From an uncultured Acidobacteriota bacterium (GTDB lineage: Bacteria > Acidobacteriota > Vicinamibacteria > Fen-336): a stretch of DNA of 64,000 nt. A program made the translations under genes and the position numbers. Below are positions 17,938 through 40,784 of this stretch, piece by piece. The notes beneath the pieces are model-generated. The model made no database searches. It was not told the origin of the DNA and worked only from the letters and a program-made list of their open reading frames with translations. The number at the start of each line of letters is the position of its first letter. The first letter of the stretch is position 1. The stretch spans positions 3,776,001-3,840,000 of the forward strand of contig OY970399.1 of assembly GCA_963720545.1 (NCBI GenBank). Direction: 5' to 3'.

Positions 17938-20900
17938 GCCGCGCCGCGCCGGAGCCCATCGCCATCGTCGGCATCGGCTGCCGTTTTCCGGGCGGCGCTT
18001 CCTCGCCCCGGGAATTCTGGGATCTGATGCGCGGCGGCGTCGACGCGATCGGCGAAGTGCCGCGCGAGCGGTTCGACCTCAGCGCGCTCTACGACGCACA
18101 GCCGGCGACGCCGGGCCGCGTGATGTCGCGCTTCGGCGGCTTCCTCGCGGGCGTCGAGGACTTCGACATCGACTTCTTCCACATGTCGCCGCGCGAGGCG
18201 GCGTCGCTCGACCCGCAGCAGCGCCTGCTGCTCGAGGTCGCGTTCGAGGCGCTCGAGGACGGCGGCCAGCCACTGCACCGCTGGCACGGCCGTTCGGTGG
18301 GTGTCTTCGTCGGCATGTGGCTGAACGAATACGAAGCGCGCATGTTCCGGCGCAACGAGGACATCGAGTTCTACATGACGACTGGCACGGGCCGCTATTC
18401 GGCGTCCGGCCGCCTGTCGAACCAGTTCGGCTGGACCGGACCGAGCATGACGGTCGACTGCGCCTGTTCATCGTCGCTCGTCGCCATCCACCTGGCTTGC
18501 CAGAGTTTGCGCCTCGGCGAGTCCGAGATGGCGCTCGCCGGCGGCGCCAACGTCATCCTCGAGCCGAGCATCACCATCGCGTATTCGCAGTCGCGCATGA
18601 TGGCGCCCGACGGCCGCTGCAAGTTCGGCGATGCCCGGGCGGACGGCTACGTGCGCAGCGACGGCGCCGGCGTCGTGGTGTTGAAGCGGTTCGCGGACGC
18701 GCAGGCGGCGGGCGACCCGGTGATCGCGGTGATCCGCGGCAGCGCGGTCAACAACGACGGCGACAGCAGCGGCTCGTTCGGCACGCCCGGCCGCGCCGGC
18801 CAGGAAGACATGCTGCGCAAGGCCTACAGCAATGCCGCCGTGGATCCGGCCGCTGTCTGGTACGTGGAGGCGCACGGCACCGGTACCCGCGCCGGCGATC
18901 CGGTCGAGATCGGGGCGCTCGGCGCCGTGCTCGGCGCCGGCCGCGCCGCCGCCAACCCGCTCCACGTCGGTTCGGTGAAGACCAACATCGGCCACACGGA
19001 AGGCGCTGCCGGGGTCGCCGGATTGATCAAGGCGGCGCTGGCGGTGCAGAGCGGCGTCATTCCGCGCAGCCTCAATCTCGTCTCGCTCAACCCCGAGATC
19101 CCGTGGGACAGCCTGCGCGTGGCGGTGGCGCGTGAAGAGGTCACGGCGGAACGGCCGGGGCGCATCGCCGGCGTCAGCTCGTTCGGGATCGCCGGCACCA
19201 ACGCACACGTGGTTCTCGAGCAAGCGCCGGCGCGTCCCGAAGCCGCTGCGGACCTGGGCGCGGCGCAGCGACCGCTGGTCCTGCCGCTGAGCGCGGCAAG
19301 CCCCGGGGCGTTGCGCGCGGCCGCGCAGCGGATGGCAGCGCACCTGCGTTCGGGAACTGCACCTCTGGAAGACGTGGTGCACACCTCCGGCAGCCGGCGC
19401 AGCCACCTCGAGCATCGCCTTGCGGTGGTCGGCGCCGATGCCAAAGCGCTGGCCGAGGGCTGCGACGCGTACGCGGCTCACGAAGAGCGCCGCGGCGTCG
19501 TGTCGGGATCGGCCGCGCCAGGCGCGCCCGGCGGCGTGGCCTTCGTCTTCCCGGGGCAGGGCGGACAATGGCCCGGGATGGCGCGGCAACTCGCCGGCGC
19601 CGAGCCGGTGTTCGCGGCGGCGCTCGCCGAATGCGATGCGGCGATTGTCGCGCGCGGCGGCCCCGCCGTGCTCGAAACCCTGGCAGCCGCCGATGCCGCG
19701 GCGCGCTTCGAGCGCATGGACGTGGTGCAGCCGGTGCTGTTCGCCGTCCAGGTTGCGCTGGCGCGGCTGTGGATGGCGCTCGGCGTCACGCCCGCCGCGG
19801 TGGTCGGCCACAGCATGGGGGAAGTGGCAGCGGCGCACATCGCGGGCATGCTGTCGCTGCAGGACGCCGCCGCGGTGATCGTGGACCGCAGCCGCCTGCT
19901 GCAGACGGTCAGTGGGCGCGGCGCCATGGCCGTGGTCGAGCTGCCGTTTGCGGAGGCAGGGGAGGCGGCACGGGCGGCAAACGGCCGGCTCTCCGTGGCG
20001 GTCAGCAACTCCGAGCAATCGACGGTGCTGTCCGGCGATCCGGAAGCCGTCGATGCCCTGATCGCGCGGCTCGAAGCGGCCGGTGTCTTCTGCCGCCGCG
20101 TGAACGTGACGGTCGCGGCGCACAGCGCGCAGATGGACCCGCTACGCCCGCAGCTCGTCGCCGGGCTGGCCGGCCTCGGTGCGCTGGCACCCGCGGTGCC
20201 GTTCGTCTCGACGGTCACGGGCAGCGTGCTCGAGATGCCGGCGGACGCCGACTATTGGGGCCGCAACCTGCGCGAGCCGGTGCGCTTCGCCGATGCCGTG
20301 CGCAGCGTGCGCGCGCTCGGCATCGATGCCTTCGTCGAGATCGGGCCGCACCCGGTGCTGCTGCACGCGCTGCGCGCCGGAGCGGCGCCGCCCGCGATCT
20401 CGGCGGTGCCGTCGGCGCGCCGCGAGGAGAACGAGAGCGAAACGCTGCTCGAGAGCTACGGCGCCTTGTACGCCGCAGGAGCGCAGGTCGACTGGAGCCG
20501 CCTGCAGCCGCGCGGCCGCCACACTGTCCTGCCGGCATATCCGTGGCAGCGCGAGCGCTTCTGGATCGAGAACAACGCCCAGCCCGCATCGGCGCCGGCG
20601 CCAGCGGCGGGCGTCGTCCACACGACCGAGTGGCGCGAACAGGCCCTGGCCGGGGCCACCGCCCCTGCGGGCCAGCGTGTCGTCATCTTCGCCGGCCAGT
20701 CGGTGTTCTGCGGCCTGCTCGCGGAGGCGCTGACGCGCCTTGGTGCCAGCGTCGAGATGTTGACGGCAGGCGGCGAGGCGCTGGCGTCCGAGGCGGCTGC
20801 GCGCGAAACGCTCGCGAGGGTGATGACACCGGGAGTCGTCACTCATCTCGTACACAGCGGCGGCCTCGACGCCGCCGGCGACTGGGAGGAAACGCTGGCA

Positions 20901-22456
20901 CAGGGGCCGCTCAGCCTGCTGCACCTCATGCAGGCGGTCGTCGCGTCGAGCCGCGAAAGCCACGCCCGTCTCGTCGTCCTGGGCCGTGCGGCTGACGCGG
21001 CCGTGTTCGCTCGTGCGGCGGCGCTCAACGACGGACTGGCCCGGGCCATCGATGCCGAGCACCCCGCGTTGCGGGTGCGCAGTTTCTTCCTCGGCGGGAC
21101 GCCGGGGCTCGCCGACGCCCAGGCAGTCGCACGGTCGATTGGCGCGGAAGGCGGCGTCGCGTTCGACAATCAGGTGCGGGTCACCGGCGGCGTCACCGCC
21201 GTGAAGCGGCTGGTTCGCACGCCGGCGCCGGCGCCGGTCGGGGTGATACCCGGACGCGACGGCACCTTCCTGATTACCGGCGGGCTCAGCGGCGTGGGCC
21301 TCCTGACGGCGCGGCACCTGGTCCTCGCCGAGGGTGTCCGCAGTCTCGCGCTCGCGGGTCGACGGCGCCCCGATGATGCCGCCCGTGCCGAAATCGCGCG
21401 TCTCGAGGACGCTGGTGCGCGCGTCCGGACGTTTTCGGCCGACGTCGCCGATCGCGCTGCCGTGGCCTCGCTGCTCACCGCGATCGACGCCGAAGGGCCA
21501 CCGCTCACCGGCGTGATCCACGCGGCAGCGATCCTCGACAACAGGATGCTCGCCGCGACCAGCGACGACTCGCTGCGCCAGGTGGCCGCGGCGAAGGCGC
21601 TCGGCGCCTGGCACCTCCATGAACTCACGGCAGGGCGTCCGCTCGACGTCTTCCTCATGTACTCGTCGGTGACGCCGCTGCTCGGCGTGACGATGCACGG
21701 CAACTACGGTGCGGCCAACACGTTCCTCGACGGCCTGGCCACGCATCGGCGCGCCCGCGGCCTGGCTGCCGCGGTCATCGCGTGGGGGCCGTGGCACGGA
21801 GTCGGTTTTGCCGTGGCGGGTGGAAACCGTCTCGCCGCATTCGGCCTGCGCGGCCTCACCGAGGCCGGCGGGCTGGATCTCCTGGGCCGCCTGCTGCGCA
21901 TGAACCTCGTGTATGCCGCCGCTGTCGAGGTGGATTGGCGTTTGTTCGCGGCAACCTTCCGCGACGCTGCAGCGTGGCCGATCTTCACCGACGTCGTGGC
22001 CGCGGGCGAGCCGCAGCGCGCAGCGGCAGCGCCGGCCGCGTCCGCCGCTGCGCTCAGGGCACAGGTCGAAGCGCTTGCGCCCGGCGCCGCGCGCCTCGAA
22101 TTTCTCGAAGACCGGGTCTGCGACATCCTGGCGGCGGTCGTGCGCCGTGGCGCGAACCAGCTCGACCGCGACAAGCCGTTCCGGGCCCTCGGTGTCGACT
22201 CGCTCATGGGCCTGGAACTGCGCAACCGCCTCGCCGCCGTTTTCGGAGTCGCGTTCCCCGCGACGCTCACCTTCAACTTCCCGAGCGTGCGCGCGCTCGC
22301 GCCCGAGCTCGCGCGCCGCGCAGGAATCGCCGTCGCGGCTGCCGGTGAAGCCATTGACGCGGCGGCCGAGAACGCCGAGCTCGAAGGGATGCTCGCCGAG
22401 CTCGAAGGCATGTCCGAGGACGATGCGCGGCTGAAGGCGGCGGGCAAGGGCGCGCG

Positions 22457-22460
<4 letters not shown>
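17934..22460 (+). CDS. Type I PKS module 1: KS-AT-KR-ACP
   Basis: GTG start at 17934 (EPIAIVGIGCRFPG). KS: DCACSSS, HGTGT, NIGH. AT: RMDVVQ, GHSMG, VAAHS. KR: GGLSGVG, HGNYGAAN. ACP: GVDSL. Confidence 0.92.
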
Positions 22461-33149
<10,689 letters not shown>

Positions 33150-33153
<4 letters not shown>

Positions 33154-36100
33154 ACGACACCGTCAAGCCGTCGCCGCTGAAGCAGGCATACGCCGCGCTC
33201 GAGATCCTGCAGGCGAAGCTCGCTGCCGTGGAACAGGCCCGCAGCGAGCCGATTGCGATCGTCGGCGTCGGCTGCCGGCTGCCGGGCGGCGCCGATTCGC
33301 CGGCCGCCTACTGGCGCCTGCTGTGCGACAGCGTCGATGCGACACGCGAGGTGCCGGCGGAGCGCTGGGATGCGGACTCGGTCTACGATCCCGATCCCGA
33401 AGTGCCCGGCAAGGCGTACACCCGGCGCGCCGGGTTCCTGAAGGAACCGGTCGATGCCTTCGATGCCTCGTTCTTCGGCATCGCGCCGCGCGAGGCGAGC
33501 GGCCTCGACCCGCAGCAGCGCCTGCTGCTGGAGGTCACGTGGGAAGCCCTCGAGCACGCGGGCCAGGCGCCCTCGGCCCTGAAGGGCAGCCGCACGGCGG
33601 TCTTCATCGGCATCGCGAGCAACGATTACGCCGCGCTGCAGAGCCAGCGCAACGACCGCGAACAGCTCGACCTCTACTATGCATCCGGCATCGCCCACAG
33701 CATCGCCGCCGGACGGATTTCCTACCTGCTCGGCCTGCAAGGCCCGTGCGTGTCGCTCGACACGGCCTGCTCCTCGTCGCTGGTCGCCGTGCACCTCGCA
33801 GTGCAGAGCCTGCGCAGCGGGGAGTGCACCCTGGCGCTCGCCGGCGGCGTCAACCTGATTCTCGGCCCGGAGAACATGATCGCCTTCGCCAAGGCGCGCA
33901 TGCTGGCGCCCGACGGGCGCTGCAAGACTTTCGACGCCCGCGCGGACGGCTTCGCGGACGGCGAAGGCTGCGGCATCGTGGTGCTGAAGCGGCTCGCCGA
34001 CGCGCTCGCGAACCGCGACCACGTGCTCGCGGTCATTCGCGGCTCGGCGATCAACCAGGACGGCGCCAGCAGCGGACTCACGGTGCCGAACGGGCCGGCC
34101 CAGGAAGCGCTCATCCGCGAGGCGCTGCGCAATGCCTCGGTGGCGCCGCACGACGTCGGCTACATCGAGGCGCACGGCACCGGCACTTCGCTCGGCGATC
34201 CCATCGAGGTGCAGGCCCTCGGCGCGGTGCTTGGCGAGGGACGCGCGGCCGACCGGCCGTTCCTCCTGGGCGCGGCCAAGGCGAGCATCGGCCATCTCGA
34301 GGCGGCAGCCGGAATCGCCGGCCTCATCAAGGCGGCCCTCATCCTGGACGAGGGCGCGGTGCCGCCGCAACTGCACTTCGAGACGCCCAACCCGATGATC
34401 CCCTGGGACCAGATCAACGCGCGCGTGGTCACGCAGCTGACGCCGTGGCCGGCGGGCTCAGGGCCGCGCTTCGCGGGGGTCAGCTCGTTCGGCTTCAGCG
34501 GCACCAACGCGCACATCGTGCTGGGCAGCGCGCCGGGCGCGCACCCTGCGCCGGCGGTCGCGGCGGTGGAGCGGCCGCTGCACCTGCTGACGCTCTCCGC
34601 GCAGAGCGAGCCCGCCTTGCGCTCGCTCGCTGCCCGCCATGCGGCACGGCTCGGTGCGCTCGGCGACGCGCAGCTGGCCGACTACGCCTTCACCGCCAAC
34701 ACCGGCCGCAGCCATTTCGTGAACCGGCTGGCGCTGCCGGCAACGAGCGCCGCCGGCGCGGCGCAATCGCTCGCCGCCTTTGCCGCTGCCGAGCCCGCCA
34801 CCGATGTCGTCCACGGCGAGGTCACGAACGTGGACCGGCCGCGCATCGCGTTCCTGTTCACCGGCCAGGGCGCGCAGTACGCCGGCATGGGCCGCGGCTT
34901 GTACGAGACACAGCCGGTGTTTCGCGAAGCGCTCGATCGCTGCGCGGCGGTCCTCGACGCCGAACTCGGCCGGCCGCTGCTGCCGCTGATGTTCGGGGAC
35001 GGCGAGGACCTGAACCAGACCGCTTGGACGCAGCCGGCGCTCTTTGCCCTGGAATATGCGCTCGCGCAGATGTGGAGCTCGTGGGGCATCGTGCCGTCGC
35101 TGGTCCTCGGCCACAGTGTCGGCGAGTACACAGCCGCCTGCGTCGCGGGCGTGATGAGCCTCGAGGACGGCCTGCGCCTCATTGCGGCGCGCGGCCGGCT
35201 GATGCAGGCGCTGCCAGCGGGCGGTGCGATGCTGTCGCTTCGGTGCGACGAGGCCGCCGTGCGCGCGGCGCTCCTGCCGCACGCCGCGGTGGTTTCGATA
35301 GCCGCGCTCAACGCGCCCTCCGAGGTGGTGATCTCGGGCGACAGCGCGGCGCTGCGCACGATCGCGGACCAGCTCGCGAAGGACGGGATCCGGACCACGC
35401 CGCTGCGCGTCTCGCACGCTTTCCACTCGCCGCTGATGGAGCCCATGCTCGACGAGTTCGAGCGCCTGGCGGGACGGGTCGAGTGGCACGCGCCGCAGGT
35501 GCGGCTGATCTCCAACCTGACCGGACAACCCGCGGCGCCCGCCCTTCTTGGCGACGCCGGCTACTGGCGGCGCCACGTGCGCGAGCCGGTGCGCTTCGCC
35601 GACTCGATCGCGAGCGCCCTCAAGCTCGGCGCCTCGATCTTCCTCGAACTCGGTCCGGGCGGCACCCTCACTGCCCTGGGCCAGCGGTGCGGCGGCGGGG
35701 AAGGGGATGCTGCGAAGCCGCTGTGGGTGTCTTCGCTGCGTGCCAACCGCGCCGAGTGGCCGGAGGTGATTGCGGCGCTTGCGGCCCTCTACGTCGGCGG
35801 CGCTCCGGTCGACTGGAACGGGTTCGACCGCCCGTACCGCCGAGCGCGGCTCGCCCTGCCCACGTATCCGTTCGAGCGGCGCCGCCACTGGCTCGAAGCG
35901 GCGCGGCCCGGCAGCAGTGCGAGCGCCGCCCGCGGCGCGGGCCATCCGCTGCTCGGCGTGCGGCTGCGCTCGCCGCTGCCGTCCGCGGTTTTCGAGAACA
36001 CTCTCCGCTCCTCTGAGCTCAGCCTGCTCGACGACCACCGCATTCACGGCGCGGCGGTGCTGCCGGGGACCGCGTACGTCGAGATGGCCCTGGCGGCAGG

Positions 36101-39100
36101 CCGCAGCGCGCGCGGCCTGGCCGCTGCGGCCATCGAGGACCTCACGATTCGCGAGCCGCTCGTGGTGCGCGACGGCGAGGCGCGCACGGTGCAGCTCATC
36201 CTGGAGAAGGACGGCCAGGTGCTGGTGGCGAGCGCCCCCGCCGGCGGCGGCAGTGTGGAAGCCGGCGCCGACGCCTGGACACAGCACGCGACCTGCCGGG
36301 TGCGCGCGGCGTCCGCGCGTCCCGCGCCCGCTGACCTGGCCGCGATTCGCGCCCGCTGCCACGATGCGGTGACGGCCGCGGCGCACAACGAATCGCTGCA
36401 GCAGCTGGGGCTCGACTTCGGACCCAGCCTGCGCGGCGTGCGCGAGATCGCAAGACGCCGTTCCGGGAGCGAAGGCGAGGCGCTTGGCACCATCGAGCTG
36501 CCGCTTGCCGACGATCCCACGTTCGCCGTCAATCCGGCGCTTCTCGACGCATGCCTGCAGGTGGTCGCCGCGGCGTGCGGACCCGACGGCCGCCTCTACC
36601 TGCCCCTCAACATCGGCAGCATTGAGTGGTTCGAACGTCCCGGGACGCGTGTCTTCAGCCATGTGCTGCTGCGCGGCGTCGGCGAGGACGGCATGACCGG
36701 GGACGTCAGCGTTCATGACGAGCGCGGCGCCTGCCTGGTGCGGCTGCAGGCGGTGCACTTCCGCAGCGTCGAGAAGGCGGCCCTGCAGGCGGCGCTGTCC
36801 GCCGGAGGGCCGGCACTCGAAGACTCGCAATACACACTCGAGTGGCGAGCGCAGGCGCACAACGACGACGACGACGGCGCCGGGTTCGCGGGGCATCTGC
36901 CGGCGCCAGCGGCGCTTGCCGCAGCCGCAGCGCAGCACGCTGCACAGCTCGCACGCCGCCACGGTCTCGCGCAGTGGCAGGACGAATTCGCCCGGCTCGA
37001 AGCCGCCGGGCTTGCCCACGTCGTTGCGGCGCTGCTCGACCTCGGCTGGGCGGCACCAGCGGGCGTCCACATCGAGGGGGCGGCGTTGGCGGCCGAACTT
37101 GGTGTCGTACCTCGCTACCACCGCCTGTTCGAACGGCTTCTCGAAATCCTCGGCGAAGGCGGCTTCCTGGCACGCGTTCCTTCCGGGTGGGAGGTGCGTC
37201 GCGCCCTGGAGCCTCTCGCCGGCGCGCCGCCGGCCGCGGCCAGCGCGGCGGCGGTGCTTCTCGCTCGCTGCGGCCCGCGGCTCGCTGCCGTGCTGCGCGG
37301 CGCCGCCGATCCGTTGGAGCTCCTGTTTCCCGGCGGATCGCTCGAAGACGCGCAGCGGCTCTACCTCGAAGCGCCGCTCGCGCGGGTCTGCAACGGCCTC
37401 GCGGCCGAGCTGGTCGCGGGCGCGGCCGCCGCGCTGCCGGCCGGTCGCCGCCTGCGCGTCCTCGAAGTTGGCGGCGGCACCGGCGGCACCACCGCCTCGA
37501 TCCTCGCGCGGTCGGGCGCGGCACTCGACTACACGTTCACCGACGTGTCCCCCTTATTCACGGCCCAGGCGCAGCAGCGGTTCGCGAGCCACACGCGCCT
37601 GCGCTGCCAACCGCTAGACCTCGAACAGGACGGCGAGGCGCAAGGGCTCGCCGCGGGGTCCTTCGACATGATCGTTGCGGCAAACGTAGTGCACGCGACG
37701 CGCGACCTGCGGCAGACGCTTGCGCGGCTGCACCGCCTGCTGGCTCCGCAGGGCCTGCTGCTGCTCGTCGAGGTGACCGCCAGGCAGCGCTGGATCGACC
37801 TCACCTTCGGCCTGACCGACGGCTGGTGGCATTTCACCGACCACGGCCTGCGCGCCGAATACCCACTGCTGTCGCGTGAGCAGTGGTTGGCGCTGCTCGC
37901 GGCCGACGGTTTCGCCGAACCGGCCGCCCTCCCCGATTTCAGCGGTGCCGCCGATCCGCTCTCGCACAACGCGCTGCTCCTCGCCCGTCGCGATGCGCAG
38001 CAAGCACCCGGCTGGCTGCTGCTCGGCGAGGCGGGCGCTTTCGCGCAGAACCTCGTCGACGCGCTCGCGGCACGCGGAGAACGGGCCGTGCTGGCCGCGC
38101 GCGGCGCCGAATTCGCCGGCGACACCGCCGCCGGTTTCGAGGCGAGGCTCGCGGCACACGCGCCGCCCGGCGGCTGGCGCAATGTCGCGCTCTTGTGGAA
38201 CTTCGCGAAGGACGAAGACGCCCTTGGCACCGCACTGCTGTTGTCCCAGGCGCTGGCCCGCGGCGCTTCGGGGACGGCACCGCGGCTGTGGCTCGTGACG
38301 CGCGGTGCGCAGGCCCTGGCTTCCGGGGAACGGGTGGCGCCGGAACAGGCGGGCGTCTGGGGGCTGGCGCGCACCATCGGCCTCGAATTTCCGGAACTGC
38401 GTTGCACCTGCATCGACCTCGGGCCGTCGCCGTCGGCTCTTGAAGCCTCCGACCTGGCCCGCGAGCTGACGGCGGGTGGTGTACGGCGCGAGGAGCAGGT
38501 TGCCCTGCGTCATGGTGCTCGCTTCGTGGCTCGCCTCGCGCGCCTCGACTCCGGCACGCGCGAGGCCGAGGTCGTGAAGCTCGCCGGGTCGGCATCGGGC
38601 TCGCTCGACGACCTGCGGCTGGTGCCGGCGGTGCGGCGTGCGCCGGGTCCGGGCGAGGTGGAGATCGAGGTGCGCGCGGCCGGCCTCAATTTCCGCGACG
38701 TGCTGAACGCGCTCGCGATGCGCGCCGACAGCGACCCGCTCGGCAGCGAATGCAGCGGCGAGGTGGTTGCGGTCGGCAGCGGCGTCTCCGCGCTGGCGTG
38801 CGGCGACCAGGTCGTCGCCATCGCCCCGGGCAGCTTCGGCACCCATGTGGTCGCCGCCGCTCGCCACGTCGCGCGCAAGCCGCGGAACCTGACCCACGCC
38901 GAAGCCGCGACGCTGAGCCTCGCGTTCCTCACGGCGGAGTACGCGCTGATGCGCGTCGGCCAGTTGCGCCGCGGCGAGCGCATCCTCGTCCATGCCGCCG
39001 CCGGTGGCGTCGGCCTGGCCGCCCTGCAACTGGCGCAGCGCAGCGGTGCGGTGGTCTTCGCCACTGCCGGCTCGGCGCAGAAGCGCGACTTCCTGCGCGC

Positions 39101-40784
39101 GCTCGGCGTCCGGCACGTCTTCGACTCGCGCAGCTTGTCTTTCGCCACGGAAGTGCGCGCGGCCGCCGGCGGCGACATCGACATGGTGCTGAACTCGCTC
39201 ACCGGAGAGTTCATCCCGCGGGGCCTGGCGCTGCTCGGCCCCGGGGGGCGCTTCCTGGAAATCGGCAAACGCGAGCTGTTGATGCCGGCAGAGGCCGCGC
39301 GCCTCGCGCCGCACGCCGCTTACCACGCGGTGGACCTCACTCCCGAAGTGACGAGCAACAGCGAGTGGTTCCGCGGCGCCTGGGCACGGCTCCTCGACGA
39401 CGCCGAGGCCGGGCGGCTGTTGCCGCTGCCGGCGCAGGTGTTTCCACTGGCACGGATCGCCGATGCGTTTCGCTACATGGCGCAGGCGCGACACCTCGGC
39501 AAGGTGGTCGTGTCCCGCGCGGCCGGCGTGGGCCGCGGCGCGGCGCTCGTCCGCAAGGACGCGACCTACCTGGTGACGGGCGGCCTGCGCGGGCTCGGTC
39601 TCCTGACCGCCGAATGGCTGGCCGAGCAAGGTGCCAGCCACCTGGTTCTCATGGGCCGCGGCGCGCCGTCCGCGGAAGCGCAGGCCGCGATCGAGCGCCT
39701 GCGCGGCAACGGCGTGCGGGTCACGCCGGCGCGCGCCGACGTCTCGGTGCGCTCCGATCTCGAACGCGTGCTCGCCGGCATCGCGGCCGGCGAGGCGCCG
39801 CTGCGCGGCATCGTGCACTCCGCCGGCGTGCTCGACGACGGCATGCTGTTGCACCAGGACCTGCAGCGGTTCGCGACGGTGCTGGCGCCCAAGGTGACGG
39901 GTACCGCGCTGCTGCACGAGCTCACGAAGGGCGCTGCGCTCGACTTCTTCGTCCTCTATTCATCGGTGGCGGCGCTGCTCGGCTCGCGCGGCCAGAGCAA
40001 TCATGCGGCCGCCAACGCCTGGATGGACGCGCTGGCGCACCAGCGCCGCGCCCTCGGCCTCTGTGCCCTCACCATCAATTGGGGCGGCTGGGCGAAAGTC
40101 GGTTCGGTCGTCGGCCGCGCGGTGGGCGAGGGGATCGCGGCGCGCGGACTCGGGCTCATCGAGCCGCGCGCCGGCCTCGCGACACTCGGCCGCCTGATGC
40201 GGCAGGAGGCCGCGCAAGTCGCCGTGCTGCCGGTCAACTGGCGCGTGTTTCGCGGCCAGTTCGCGGCACAGGACGAGCCGGCCTGGCTCGCCGAGATCGC
40301 GGACGCCGCTGCCGCTGCGGCACCGGCGGCACCCGCGGCAACTGCGCGCATCGACGGTGCCGCCAAGCTCGCGGCCGAGATCGCGGCCGCGCCCCAGGCG
40401 CAGCGCCGGCGCCTCATCGTCAACTTCGTTGCGCTGCAGGTCGCGCGGGTGCTGCGCCGCGATGCCTCGGAGGCACTGAACCATCGCCGGCCCCTGAACG
40501 AGCTCGGCCTCGATTCGCTTATGGCCGTCGAGCTGCGCAACCTGCTTGCCGCGGGCCTGGCGCTGCCGCGCAGCCTGCCGGCGACGCTGGTGTTCGACCA
40601 TCCAACAGTGGTTGCGCTTGCCGATTACCTGGCAGCGGAGCTGGCGCCACAGCCGGCTGCCGCACCCGCTGTGGCCGCTGCGCCGGCCGCCGCCGATGTC
40701 CTCGACGCGATCGAGGACCTGTCGAGCGAGGAAGTAGACCGCCTCTTCGAGGAGCGCCTGAAGGCAACGAGGTCGGGGGCATGA
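33150..40784 (+). CDS. Type I PKS module 4: KS-AT-DH-C-methyltransferase-ER-KR-ACP
   Basis: Real start is the ATG at 33150 (MNDTVKPSPLKQAYAALE). AT: GHSVG, HAFH. DH: HRIHGAAVLP. MT: LEVGGGTGG. ER: HAAAGGVG. KR: LDD, GQSNHAAAN. ACP: GLDSL. Confidence 0.93.
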
